Source of the DNA: Flavobacteriaceae bacterium
GTDB taxonomy: Bacteria; Bacteroidota; Bacteroidia; Flavobacteriales; Flavobacteriaceae
Assembly: GCA_947456815.1 (NCBI GenBank)
Contig: CANGTL010000004.1
Location: forward strand, 22,958 to 86,957
Direction: 5' to 3'
DNA length: 64,000 bases
Part shown: in pieces, positions 27,565 through 37,660 of the stretch
How positions within the stretch are numbered: position 1 is the stretch's first letter
How the letters are laid out: every line of letters begins with the position of its first letter
Notes under the pieces: generated by a model
Told to the model about the DNA's origin: nothing
What the model saw: the letters and a program-made list of their open reading frames with translations, nothing else
Databases searched by the model: none
Program-made: the position numbers and the translations under genes

Positions 27565-28416
27565 ATGACAACTCTCAAAATCGCAGGCGTTCCAGAACAT
27601 TTTAATTTGCCGTGGCATCTTTGTATAGAGAATAGTGAATTCGCTGCTGCTCAGATCGATTTGCAATGGACGGATGTGCCCGAAGGAACCGGCAAACTTT
27701 GTCAAATGTTGCGGTCAGGTGAAACAGATATTGCAGTGATATTGACCGAAGGAATGGTCAAAGATATTGTTGGCGGAAATTCATCAAAGATCGTTCAAGT
27801 GTATGTCGAATCGCCATTACTTTGGGGCATTCATGTGGCAGCCAACTCAAAATTCAAAACAATTGCAGATCTTCAAGACACCAAAGTGGCAATTTCTAGA
27901 ATAGGCTCGGGTTCACAACTGATGGCGTATGTTAACGCCGAGCAAAACGGTTGGAAAACCTCGGATTTGCAATTCGAAATTGTCAATACGATAGACGGCG
28001 CCATTGAATCATTGACAGCTGGAAAATCGGACTACTTTATGTGGGAACACTTTATGACCAAACCATTGGTAGACAAAGGAATATTTCGAAGATTGGGAGA
28101 TTGTCCCACACCTTGGCCTTGTTTCGTGATTGCCGTGAATGATGAATTGCTTGAGAACCATCCGTCGGTTATAAAAGAAGTTCTTAGAATTATCAATAAG
28201 AAAACTTTAGAATTCAAAAATATCCCAGGTATTGATGTTGTTTTAGCCGCACGTTACCAATTGAAAATTTCTGATGTTAAAGAGTGGCTTTCGCTCACTA
28301 ATTGGTCTCAACATCAACTTGAAGAAGAAGTGTTAAACAAGGTACAAAATCAACTTTTGAATCTTTCCCTTATTAATAAAAAAGGTACTTTTGCTGAAAT
28401 TGTTAGAACGGTTTAG
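27565..28416 (+). CDS. Periplasmic-binding-protein type II fold protein (SsuA/THI5-like), no signal peptide
   Basis: LKIAGVPEHFNLPW, PEGTGKLCQML, AISRIGSGSQLM and TPWPCFVI. Confidence 0.8.
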   Translation: MTTLKIAGVPEHFNLPWHLCIENSEFAAAQIDLQWTDVPEGTGKLCQMLRSGETDIAVILTEGMVKDIVGGNSSKIVQVYVESPLLWGIHVAANSKFKTIADLQDTKVAISRIGSGSQLMAYVNAEQNGWKTSDLQFEIVNTIDGAIESLTAGKSDYFMWEHFMTKPLVDKGIFRRLGDCPTPWPCFVIAVNDELLENHPSVIKEVLRIINKKTLEFKNIPGIDVVLAARYQLKISDVKEWLSLTNWSQHQLEEEVLNKVQNQLLNLSLINKKGTFAEIVRTV

Positions 28417-28435
28417 TTTTACTTTTTAAGCAGCC

Positions 28436-29368
28436 ATGATCAGAAATGCGGTATATTCTATTCAGAAATTAAAACAAAAACTTCAGGTTAGAAAACCTTG
28501 GGACAATGTTATTATTTTCGCATTGAATATCTTGATTGCGATTCCCATATTTATCATTATTCATCAGAACATTATCGATCCAAATTGGTATTTTCAATTG
28601 GATCGTATTTTTCTTTTTATATCAATTTTAGGGATCATTCAATTGGTTTTGCGCTTGATGCGCACCATCATTATTCTCTGTATTGGTTTATATTGCATTG
28701 CTTTGGTTTATGGAACTTTTTCGGGGAAATATGGTTTCAAAAGTGTCATTGAGGATTATCAATATATGGTTTATGCGATGAATGACAGTCCAAATCCACA
28801 AGACATCATCATTTCTAAATTGCTTCCTTTTCCCAATAAATCAAAGATCATTGATGCCATAGAATTTGAAAATCCAAGAGTGCGCGACTTTGCCTTAATG
28901 GCTACAAACAAAGACTTCAAAGATATTCGTGGCTATGCCAATTACAGAACGATTATTCAGAGTTTCGCTGTTTTCAAAGAAATCAATTTACGATGGAATT
29001 ATGTCAGTGATCCAAAAGGAAAGGACTATATCGCCAAAGCCACAGAATCTTTGCGATATTTTTCTGGCGACTGTGACGATCACTCTATTTTGATGGCTGC
29101 TGCAATCAAATCGATTGGAGGAACACCTAGACTTATTCATACAGGCGGACATATTTATCCCGAGATTCTGATTGGAAAAAAACCTGATCTTGAAATCATC
29201 AATTTCTTGATCAAAAAAGTACTTTTTGTCGATGAAAGTAAAGGAAAAACCATTCACTACCACATTGATGAACGTGGTCAAATATGGCTCAATCTTGATT
29301 ACACCGCTACTTATCCTGGTGGACCGTTTATGTCGGAGGAAATATTAGGTGCATTAACATTCAACTAA
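28436..29368 (+). CDS. Membrane-anchored transglutaminase-like protein
   Basis: Three N-terminal TM segments and a Cys-His-Asp triad in GDCDDH, GHIYPE and WLNLDYT. Confidence 0.82.
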   Translation: MIRNAVYSIQKLKQKLQVRKPWDNVIIFALNILIAIPIFIIIHQNIIDPNWYFQLDRIFLFISILGIIQLVLRLMRTIIILCIGLYCIALVYGTFSGKYGFKSVIEDYQYMVYAMNDSPNPQDIIISKLLPFPNKSKIIDAIEFENPRVRDFALMATNKDFKDIRGYANYRTIIQSFAVFKEINLRWNYVSDPKGKDYIAKATESLRYFSGDCDDHSILMAAAIKSIGGTPRLIHTGGHIYPEILIGKKPDLEIINFLIKKVLFVDESKGKTIHYHIDERGQIWLNLDYTATYPGGPFMSEEILGALTFN

Positions 29369-29430
29369 TAAAACTGCATTGCTATTCGATTGCTTTTTAT
29401 ATATTAGCTGAATCAATTCAAATTCATCAC

Positions 29431-30006
29431 ATGAAGAAGTTAATGCTACTATTCCTGCTAGGTTTTCAATTTTTGCATGCGCAGGACACTATTCCAAAAT
29501 CTGCTTTATACAGCAAAAAAAATGAATTGCGCGTTGATGTTTTGGCTACTGCATTTTCAAGATTAAATATTACCTACGAGCGTTTTCTAAACAAAAATTA
29601 TTCTGTTGGTGTAAGTACTTTTTTCTCGAATAGCAAGAAAGCCAAAAATGACTTCGACCAAGGCAATATTAATAGTTTTACTAAGTATGAAGTGATTCCA
29701 TTTGTTCGTTACAATCTATCTCAAAGTGCACGTAGTTTTTACTTTGCTGAGATTTTTGCGAATATTAATGGAGGTGATTTTCGAGAAATTGTTTTACTTA
29801 CTGATGCTTCAAACAATAATTACTACGAAATAAGAAAGAGCAATTATACGGATCTCGCGCTAGGTGCTGCAGTAGGTTATAAATATTACATCAAAGACCA
29901 AATCGGGATTGAGTTTTTGGTTGGTTTTGGATCGAATATGTTTAATAAAGATAAGAGTCCAGATATATTGTCAAGAGTTGGCTTAGGCGTAAGTTACAGA
30001 TTTTAA
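29431..30006 (+). CDS. Outer-membrane beta-barrel (DUF3575-like)
   Basis: Signal peptide plus Gln, alternating beta strands, terminal GVSYRF. Confidence 0.78.
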   Translation: MKKLMLLFLLGFQFLHAQDTIPKSALYSKKNELRVDVLATAFSRLNITYERFLNKNYSVGVSTFFSNSKKAKNDFDQGNINSFTKYEVIPFVRYNLSQSARSFYFAEIFANINGGDFREIVLLTDASNNNYYEIRKSNYTDLALGAAVGYKYYIKDQIGIEFLVGFGSNMFNKDKSPDILSRVGLGVSYRF

Positions 30007-30015
30007 AAGCATCAT

Positions 30016-30606
30016 ATGAAAACAATAAAGTATTTATTTTTTGTGGCAATGGCTACACTTTTAATGGCGGCAGATTGTTCAAACAAAGACAGCGAATTCT
30101 ATAATGATGTATTTGTTACTTCGCCAAATTTGGTATCTATTACTAAGTCAGATATTCCTGAAGATCAAACAATTTTTATCAACGCAAGTATTCCAAAGCT
30201 ATTAACTGTTGCCACGCTTTCAAAACCGCTTGATATATTTAAGACTACAGGCGGAGCAACTAAATTGAATTTTTCTTATGAATTAGAAAAGAAAAATACA
30301 GATGGGAATTGGGAATATATTGAATTTGAATCTTCCAATGTTGCTACCACTGAAGGCGTTTCTCAAATTGGATCTTTTGTGGTTGGGAGTGCTGTTTTCA
30401 ACGCCGTTACTAACAATTATGAATACCAAGCGAATATTCAAAATTTATTGGCTGGAAATTATCGATTAAGTTTTGGTTACAATAGTTCTTCGGCTAACAT
30501 CGTCGAATTTAGATCAGAAAGCGTTGGGGACAATTTGTTTCTTAATTTGGATTCACCTTCAACTGCGCTCGATACCCAGGGTTATTATCTTTTTACGGTC
30601 AATTAG
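30016..30606 (+). CDS. Hypothetical lipoprotein
   Basis: Lipobox-like LMAADC after a hydrophobic signal. Confidence 0.75.
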   Translation: MKTIKYLFFVAMATLLMAADCSNKDSEFYNDVFVTSPNLVSITKSDIPEDQTIFINASIPKLLTVATLSKPLDIFKTTGGATKLNFSYELEKKNTDGNWEYIEFESSNVATTEGVSQIGSFVVGSAVFNAVTNNYEYQANIQNLLAGNYRLSFGYNSSSANIVEFRSESVGDNLFLNLDSPSTALDTQGYYLFTVN

Positions 30607-31270
30607 AAAACCAAGATATCTCCTCTTTATTGACAGACCGCAGAAAGTCATTAGTACGACTAAAATGCTTATGTCCAAACCACTTTCCTTGATTGGCACT
30701 CATTGGTGATGGATGACCCGAACATAGTACTAAATGTCGACTTTGGTCAATTTTCGATCCTTTCTTTTGTGCAAAAGTTCCCCATAGTAAGAAAACGATA
30801 TGCTCCGTTTGATTCGCAATCTTATCAATTATTGCGTCGGTAAACTGATCCCACGAAAGATGTTTATGGCTGTTCGGTTGATCTTTTCGTACGGTAAGGG
30901 TTGTATTTAAAAGCAACACGCCTTGCCTAGCCCAATGTTCTAAGTTACCGGAACTTGGAATAAAAATCGTATCTAAATCAACACTAATCTCTCTGTAAAT
31001 ATTTCGTAAAGAAGGCGGAATCGCAATGCCATCGTTTACAGAAAAGCACAAGCCATTAGCTTCTCCTGCTCCGTGGTATGGGTCTTGACCAATAATAACT
31101 ACTTTTAGATTCTCTAAAGAACATTTTTCTAAAGCGGAGAATATTAATTCTTTCGGGGGATAACAATTGTTTTCTTCATACTCTTTATCAACCGCGAGCT
31201 TCAAAGCTTTAAAATAGGGTTTACTAATCTCGTCCGCTAGAAGTGGTAACCAATTCGATGGAATCTGCAT
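30599..31270 (-). CDS. ung: Uracil-DNA glycosylase family 1
   Basis: GQDPYH, GLCFS, PPSLRNIY, GVLLLN and HPSP. ATG 31270 preferred over the TTG at 31297. Confidence 0.96.
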   Translation of the reverse strand: MQIPSNWLPLLADEISKPYFKALKLAVDKEYEENNCYPPKELIFSALEKCSLENLKVVIIGQDPYHGAGEANGLCFSVNDGIAIPPSLRNIYREISVDLDTIFIPSSGNLEHWARQGVLLLNTTLTVRKDQPNSHKHLSWDQFTDAIIDKIANQTEHIVFLLWGTFAQKKGSKIDQSRHLVLCSGHPSPMSANQGKWFGHKHFSRTNDFLRSVNKEEISWFSN

Positions 31271-31348
31271 AAAATTTATTTCCAACAAAGTTCGCAAAGA
31301 TTTTCATAAAGTCGAACAAAAGATGCGAGAATTAAGCACTGAACTTTG

Positions 31349-31356
31349 TAACTTTG
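31349..31356 (+). promoter_or_regulatory. -7 promoter element TAACTTTG for mutS2
   Basis: Exact TAnnTTTG 25 nt before the ATG. Confidence 0.65.
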
Positions 31357-31380
31357 AATCCTCATAATTGAAAACAAAAT

Positions 31381-33549
31381 ATGGTCAGTATTACGCCAAA
31401 AACTTTGCAGGATTTACAGTTTCCGACAGTATTGGAGTCATTGTCTGTCCTATGTAATACAGAACTTGGTAAGTCTAAATCCGTTCAAATTGTTCCTTTT
31501 AAAGAGCGTACAGATTTAATGAGCGCTTTGTTGCAGACTTCTGAGTATTTATCTTCTTTTCAAAACAATAATGCTATTCCAAATCATGGTTTTGACAGCA
31601 TTTCACATGAAATCAAATTCCTAGGAATTGAAGACAGCTTTCTAGAATTATCTAGTTTTCGAAAGATTGCGGCCATTTCAGAAACCTCAAATACTTTACT
31701 ATTATTTCTAAAGAAGTTTGAAGAGTACTATCCGAGCCTTTATGCAAAAAGCTCTGCCATTGAAGTCACAAAAGTAATCGTTAATCTTATTGATGATGTG
31801 GTTGATAAATACGGCGAAATAAAGGACAATGCTTCCCCTGACCTACTGGATATTAGGAGAAATATGAACACTGTTCGTGGTAAGGTCAATCAAAGTTTTG
31901 GTGTGGCTTTAACCCATTATAATAGTTTGGGGTACTTGGATGAAATAAGAGAAAGTTTCGTGCAAAATCGTCGTGTTTTGGCGGTTTTAGCCATGTATCG
32001 CCGTAAAGTGAAAGGCTCTATTTTAGGCAGCTCGAAAACTGGAAGTATCGCTTATATCGAACCAGAAACTACGCTGCAATACTCGCGTGAATTGAGCAAT
32101 TTAGAATACGAAGAGAAAGAAGAAATCACTAGAATCCTAAAGCAATTAACCAACAGTATTCGAAACTTCTTACCGCTTTTAATTCAGTACCAAGAATTTT
32201 TGAGTGATATCGATGTGGTTGCAGCTAAAGCCAAATATGCCTTGCGAACAAATAGTGTCTTGCCAAAAATTACAGACGAACGCAAGTTGTTTTTTAAAGA
32301 TGCGTACCATCCTATTTTGTATTTGAATAATAAAGAGCTCAATGAAGTCACCTATCCGCAGACCTTCGATCTAAATCACGAAAAGCGTATTGTTGTCATT
32401 TCTGGTCCCAATGCCGGAGGTAAAACAATTTCATTAAAGACCGTTGGATTGTTACAATTAATGCTGCAATCTGGAATGCTAATTCCGGTGCACGAACGCA
32501 GCGAGACTTTTCTTTTTGATCGAATTCTAACAGATATCGGAGATAATCAATCAATTGAAAATCATCTTAGTACGTACAGCTATCGATTGAAAAACATGAA
32601 TTATTTCCTGAAAAAATGCAATAAGAAAACGCTGTTTCTTATTGATGAATTTGGAACTGGTTCAGACCCAGAACTAGGCGGTGCTTTGGCAGAAATTTTC
32701 TTGGAGGAGTTTTATCATCGAGAAGCATTTGGTATCATCACGACGCACTATTCCAATTTGAAAATATTAGCCAATGAATTGCCTTTTGCAGTAAATGCGA
32801 ACATGCTTTTTGACGAAAAATCTTTAGAGCCAATTTATAAATTGGTAATTGGTCAAGCGGGAAGCTCATTTACTTTTGAAGTGGCACAAAAGAACGGCAT
32901 TCCATATGGATTAATAAATCGCGCGAAGAAGAAAATTGAAGTGGGTAAAGTGCGTTTTGATAAAACAATCGCAACCCTTCAGAAAGAGCGTTCGAAATTA
33001 GAGAAAACGTCTCAGAATCTTAAAGAAGAAGAATCTAAAGCACGTGAGGAAAGCTCTAAAATGGCAGTCATTAATACCAAGATCAAGCAAAAACTCGAAA
33101 GCTATCAAGAATTGTATGACAGCAATCAGCGCTTGATTTATATGGGACAAAAGATTGATGATATTGCTGAGAAGTATTTTAATTCGAAGAACAAAAAAGA
33201 ACTTATCGGCGAGTTTTTGAAAATTGTCGAAATTGAGAATTCTAAACGCAAGAAAGCAACTGTAAAAGAAACGAAAATCAAAGAAGTCCAGAAAAAAGAG
33301 ATTATAAAAGAAGTTGCTGTGCAAGTGGACAAGATAAGAACAGAGAAAAAGGAAAAAAAAATAAAGGCCGCAACTGTCATCGAGAAGCCAAGGCCAGTGC
33401 TGAAAGTTGGAGATCGAGTTCGCATGTTTGACGGCAAAGCGATTGGAAGTATCGATAAGATTGAGAAAAATAAAGCGACGGTAAATTATGGAGTGTTTAC
33501 TTCTACTGTTAGCGTTGATGTATTGGAGTTTGTGGAATCAAAAAAGTAA
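31381..33549 (+). CDS. mutS2: MutS2-family ATPase (no C-terminal Smr domain)
   Basis: SGPNAGGKT Walker A, DIGDNQSIENHLSTYS, LIDEFGTGSDP and TTHY. Coiled coil and KOW-like C-terminus. Confidence 0.9.
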   Translation: MVSITPKTLQDLQFPTVLESLSVLCNTELGKSKSVQIVPFKERTDLMSALLQTSEYLSSFQNNNAIPNHGFDSISHEIKFLGIEDSFLELSSFRKIAAISETSNTLLLFLKKFEEYYPSLYAKSSAIEVTKVIVNLIDDVVDKYGEIKDNASPDLLDIRRNMNTVRGKVNQSFGVALTHYNSLGYLDEIRESFVQNRRVLAVLAMYRRKVKGSILGSSKTGSIAYIEPETTLQYSRELSNLEYEEKEEITRILKQLTNSIRNFLPLLIQYQEFLSDIDVVAAKAKYALRTNSVLPKITDERKLFFKDAYHPILYLNNKELNEVTYPQTFDLNHEKRIVVISGPNAGGKTISLKTVGLLQLMLQSGMLIPVHERSETFLFDRILTDIGDNQSIENHLSTYSYRLKNMNYFLKKCNKKTLFLIDEFGTGSDPELGGALAEIFLEEFYHREAFGIITTHYSNLKILANELPFAVNANMLFDEKSLEPIYKLVIGQAGSSFTFEVAQKNGIPYGLINRAKKKIEVGKVRFDKTIATLQKERSKLEKTSQNLKEEESKAREESSKMAVINTKIKQKLESYQELYDSNQRLIYMGQKIDDIAEKYFNSKNKKELIGEFLKIVEIENSKRKKATVKETKIKEVQKKEIIKEVAVQVDKIRTEKKEKKIKAATVIEKPRPVLKVGDRVRMFDGKAIGSIDKIEKNKATVNYGVFTSTVSVDVLEFVESKK

Positions 33550-33552
33550 GAA

Positions 33553-33969
33553 ATGCTGGAATTGCCGAAAGATAAAAAGATTATTCTGTTCGATGGTCTG
33601 TGTAATTTGTGTGAATCGTCTGTTCAATTTGTTATTAAACACGACGGCAGGGATCAATTTCGATTTGTTTCGATACAATCCGACTTAGGTCAAAAAATAA
33701 TTGAACATATCGGAATAAACTTAAAGAATATCGATTCAGTAATTCTATACCAGCCGGGCGTTGCTTATTATTATAAATCGAATGCCGCATTGGAAATTGC
33801 TAAGAGTTTGGGAGGATTTTTTCATTTAGGAACAATCTTTAGAATTATTCCTAACGGATTGCGAAATGTCTTATACGATTACGTAGCTTCGAATCGATAT
33901 CAGTGGTATGGCAAAAAAGAGCAATGTATGATTCCGACTGAAAAATTACAATCTAAGTTTTTAGAATAA
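33553..33969 (+). CDS. DCC1-like thiol-disulfide oxidoreductase (DUF393)
   Basis: ILFDGLCNLC (DxxCxxC) and YDYVASNRYQWYGK. Confidence 0.92.
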   Translation: MLELPKDKKIILFDGLCNLCESSVQFVIKHDGRDQFRFVSIQSDLGQKIIEHIGINLKNIDSVILYQPGVAYYYKSNAALEIAKSLGGFFHLGTIFRIIPNGLRNVLYDYVASNRYQWYGKKEQCMIPTEKLQSKFLE

Positions 33970-33972
33970 AAA

Positions 33973-33996
33973 AACTCCTTAATGACTTAAGGAGTT
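33973..33996. terminator. Intrinsic terminator between convergent genes
   Basis: Perfect AACTCCTTAA-TGAC-TTAAGGAGTT hairpin with an upstream A-tract. Confidence 0.85.
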
Positions 33997-34017
33997 AGTT
34001 ATTGGCTATTTTGATTT

Positions 34018-35118
34018 CTAGTTTTTTACAATTTTCTTGGTTATCGAACCATTTTGAGTATCGATTTTCATCAAATAAACACCAGAGGCAATATCTTCGA
34101 GTTCTACCGTTACTTGTGTAGCATTTTCAAATATATTGGTTTGTACCGTTCTGCCATTGACGTCGGTTAAAGTAACTGTTACAAGGCGCGAAAGTTCTCC
34201 TAAAGATAAATTAATGAAATCTTGCGCAGGATTAGGATAGGCAGAAACAGTATTGTTAGTTTCAGGAATATCGTCCGTTGCAAGCAAATCGATGTTGGTA
34301 GCAGTTACGACCAAGTTATCAAAGTAACCATCAGTTGTAGCGGCAGCATTTACAATGGCAGGAGTCGTTCCGTTTGCAGCAGCAGAGCCACTGCGAGAAA
34401 TAAAGGCTACTTTATCCGGATCTATACCAGTTGCTGCGCCAATAACTTGACCAAGGATGCCAGGACCTTTCCAAACGATTTGCCCTGTCGTTTTATTAAA
34501 ACTTACATATAATTTAACCCATTGATTTGGTGGCAATGTGATATTAGTTCCCGCCGTTCCCAAGAAAAAACCATAGTTCCCGATTGGAGCTGTCGCACTA
34601 GTAAAATAACCAATTCCTTGTAAAATAAGTGTTTTGGTATTAAAAACATATCCACCTAAAATTTTAAGCGAAGTTGATGGGGAAGCATCATAAATATAAA
34701 TACCTTTTGTATTGTTGCTCGCTCCACCTCCTGGACCAGTAAATAATTCAAATTCAACTTGAATTTTATTATTTGCAGGATCTCTAAATGCCCATTGGTC
34801 GGACAAACCTCCTTGCCACATATTGCGTCGACCTTTATCGCCGTTGGTTCCATCAATTTGTAATACATTGACATGGCTATCCCCTAAATTAACGATTTGG
34901 AAATTATTTGCACTCGCATTGGTTGCAGTTGTTGCAGCTAATGGATCTAAATCGTAATTTGTAGATAAAGTAAAGTAATTGTTGGTTGGAATGGTACCAG
35001 TTGCATCGGTTCCTACTGGTCCGACTGGTAAAGCATCAAAATTTTCCGTCTGTAGAATTTGACTTGACGCACTAAGTATGGAAGTCAAAGTAAAAATTGT
35101 TAGTAAAATTCTTTTCAT
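34018..35118 (-). CDS. T9SS type A secreted protein of unknown function
   Basis: Signal MKRILLTIFTLTSILSASS plus Gln; C-terminal YPNPAQD..GRTV..SGVYLMKI..KKIVKN. Start moved to ATG 35118. Confidence 0.88.
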   Translation of the reverse strand: MKRILLTIFTLTSILSASSQILQTENFDALPVGPVGTDATGTIPTNNYFTLSTNYDLDPLAATTATNASANNFQIVNLGDSHVNVLQIDGTNGDKGRRNMWQGGLSDQWAFRDPANNKIQVEFELFTGPGGGASNNTKGIYIYDASPSTSLKILGGYVFNTKTLILQGIGYFTSATAPIGNYGFFLGTAGTNITLPPNQWVKLYVSFNKTTGQIVWKGPGILGQVIGAATGIDPDKVAFISRSGSAAANGTTPAIVNAAATTDGYFDNLVVTATNIDLLATDDIPETNNTVSAYPNPAQDFINLSLGELSRLVTVTLTDVNGRTVQTNIFENATQVTVELEDIASGVYLMKIDTQNGSITKKIVKN

Positions 35119-35172
35119 AAATATTGATTTTGAGATTGGTAACGATAAATGTAGTAAAAAATGCAATTCAAA

Positions 35173-36429
35173 TTAATCTTCCTTTTCCCATTTACCAACA
35201 ACGGACGTTGCTAATGCATTTCCTAATACATTGGTGGCGCTTCTAAACATATCGCAAAAATGGTCAATTGGAAGGATTAATGCAATTCCTTCAATTGGAA
35301 TTTTAAACATACCACAAGTGGCAGCAACGACAACGAGACTAGCTCTTGGAACACCCGCAATTCCTTTACTGGTAAGCATCAAAACCAAAAGCATGGTAAG
35401 TTGTGTTCCTATCGTCAAATCGATTCCGTAGGCTTGTGCGATGAAAATACTTGCAAATGTCATATACATCATGCTTCCGTCGAGATTGAAAGAATAGCCT
35501 AAAGGTAGCATGAAAGAAACAATTTTATCCTTTACTCCGAAGCGTTCAAGTTCTTCCGTTAATTTTGGAAAAACGGCTTCACTACTGGTAGTTCCAAAAG
35601 CGATAATAAGTGGACTTACAATATGTTGCAATAACGTTTTCAATCGTTTGCCCAAAAAGAGAAATCCGATAAATAGCAGAAATACCCAAAGTGAGGTAAT
35701 GCCGACTAGAAATGAGCCGAAGTACTTTGCGTAGGTTAACAACAATTCATTAAAATCTCGAACTGCAAAAACACCTGCAATTGCTCCGAAAACACCAACT
35801 GGGGCAAACTTCATTACGTAGTTTACCATTTTTAGAACAATATGAGAGGTTTTGTCTAAAGCAGAAACAACAGGTTTAGCATACTCTCCAATAGAGGCGG
35901 CCGCTAAGCCAAAGAAAATGGAGAAAATTACAATTTGGAGAATTTCATTGGTGGCCATCGCCTCGACGATACTTTTTGGGATAATGTGCTCGATGAAGTT
36001 TTGTGCGGAGAAATTTTGTGTTTTGTCTGTTACTTCAGTAGCAGTAGATAAATCAACATCGGAAAGATGTAATCCAACGCCTGGTTGCAAGATATTTACC
36101 CAAAACATCCCAATCAAAAGCGAAATTAGTGACGCGGAGAAAAACCAACCAAGTGCCTTGCCTCCTATTCGACCAACAGCTTTGATGTCGCCTAACTTTG
36201 CTATTCCAACAACTAAAGTTGTAAATACAAGTGGAGCGATAATCATTTGAACTAATCGAATGAAAATCGTTGCCAGTAACTTAATATATCCGCTAAATTC
36301 TTTGGCAGCTTCTTCAGTCCAATTGTTATGAATGATAATTCCGAGGATGGCACCAACAAACATTGCAATTAGAATTTGCGTGGTTAGATTGGAAAAAATG
36401 GATGTTTTTTTGTTTTCTGTTGATGTCAT
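35173..36429 (-). CDS. Dicarboxylate/amino acid:cation symporter (GltP/DctA family)
   Basis: AFGTTSSEAVFP, PLGYSFNLDGS and MLTSKGIAGVPRAS. Confidence 0.95.
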   Translation of the reverse strand: MTSTENKKTSIFSNLTTQILIAMFVGAILGIIIHNNWTEEAAKEFSGYIKLLATIFIRLVQMIIAPLVFTTLVVGIAKLGDIKAVGRIGGKALGWFFSASLISLLIGMFWVNILQPGVGLHLSDVDLSTATEVTDKTQNFSAQNFIEHIIPKSIVEAMATNEILQIVIFSIFFGLAAASIGEYAKPVVSALDKTSHIVLKMVNYVMKFAPVGVFGAIAGVFAVRDFNELLLTYAKYFGSFLVGITSLWVFLLFIGFLFLGKRLKTLLQHIVSPLIIAFGTTSSEAVFPKLTEELERFGVKDKIVSFMLPLGYSFNLDGSMMYMTFASIFIAQAYGIDLTIGTQLTMLLVLMLTSKGIAGVPRASLVVVAATCGMFKIPIEGIALILPIDHFCDMFRSATNVLGNALATSVVGKWEKED

Positions 36430-36472
36430 ATTTAATTATTTACAAAAGAGCGTTGTGATAAAATGAGATGCC

Positions 36473-36577
36473 CTAGCCCTGATGGCAGCGGCATCCTTTT
36501 GTGCCATTGTATACTTCGTCAGTTCGCTTCGCTCGCGTGGCGCAAAAGATATAGCGAACAGCAGGAATAGCTTCTAA
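36473..36577 (-). repeat. REP-like element, copy D, with a different nested module
   Basis: The reverse complement reads TTAGAAGCTATTCCTGCT..CGCTATATCTTTTGCGCC[inner]GGCACAAAAGGATGCCGCTGCCATCAGGGCTAG. Inner CTTCGTCAGTTCGCTTCGCTCGCG at 36514-36537. Confidence 0.88.
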
Positions 36578-37644
36578 ACATTATTATTGTATATTTTGTT
36601 AAGCAAATAAAAATCAGCCAGAACAATTGCCGCCATGGCTTCTACGATTGGAACGGCGCGTGGGACAACGCAAGGATCATGACGACCTTTGCCTTGTATT
36701 TCGACTATATTTCCTTGATTGTCTAACGTTTCTTGTTTTTGAATTAGCGTCGCAACGGGTTTAAAAGCGACTCTAAAATAAATATCCATTCCGTTAGAAA
36801 TTCCTCCTTGAATACCACCAGACAAATTAGTTTTAGTGGTTCCGTCAGGCAAGTACAAATCGTTGTGTTCACTGCCTTTCATTCTCGCACCACAAAATCC
36901 ACTGCCGTATTCAAAGCCTTTTACCGCATTAATCGACAACATCGCTTTTCCCAATTCAGCGTGCAGTTTATCGAAAACGGGTTCACCAAGACCAATAGGT
37001 ACGTTTTGAATCACACAAGTAATTGTGCCTCCAACGGTATCACCTTGCTTGCGAATTTCTTTGATGTGCTCCTCCATTTTTGCAGCAATTTCGGCATCTG
37101 GACAGCGAACAGCGTTGCTTTCTATTTTCGAGAAATCGAGTTCTTGATAAGGTTTATCTATAAATATTTCGCCAACTGAAGAAACAAAAGCATTGATTTT
37201 GACATTTTTCAAAAGTTGTTTTGCGATGGCACCGGCAACTACTCGACAAGCAGTTTCACGCGCCGAGCTTCTTCCGCCGCCACGATAATCGCGAATTCCA
37301 TATTTCTTTTCATAGACATAGTCGGCGTGACTTGGGCGATAGGTGTCTTTGATATGGGCGTAATCCTCTGACTTTTGGTTCGTATTTGGAATGATGAAAC
37401 CGATGGGTGTTCCTGTGGTTTTACCTTCAAAGATTCCCGATAGAAATTGTACTTCGTCATCTTCCTTGCGCTGTGTGACGATGCTGGATTGGCCAGGCTT
37501 TCTTCGAGCCATTTCACTGCGGATGAGTTCGAAATCTAAAAGAATATTGGGTGGACAACCATCAATGATACCGCCGAGTGCTTCGCCATGTGATTCTCCA
37601 AAAGTCGTGATTTTGAAAAGTGTACCGTAACTATTACCTGCCAT
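36574..37644 (-). CDS. aroC: Chorismate synthase
   Basis: [37 protein letters not shown] and [11 protein letters not shown]. True start is ATG 37644. Confidence 0.97.
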   Translation of the reverse strand: MAGNSYGTLFKITTFGESHGEALGGIIDGCPPNILLDFELIRSEMARRKPGQSSIVTQRKEDDEVQFLSGIFEGKTTGTPIGFIIPNTNQKSEDYAHIKDTYRPSHADYVYEKKYGIRDYRGGGRSSARETACRVVAGAIAKQLLKNVKINAFVSSVGEIFIDKPYQELDFSKIESNAVRCPDAEIAAKMEEHIKEIRKQGDTVGGTITCVIQNVPIGLGEPVFDKLHAELGKAMLSINAVKGFEYGSGFCGARMKGSEHNDLYLPDGTTKTNLSGGIQGGISNGMDIYFRVAFKPVATLIQKQETLDNQGNIVEIQGKGRHDPCVVPRAVPIVEAMAAIVLADFYLLNKIYNNNV

Positions 37645-37660
37645 TGGGTTTGGTTTTGAA

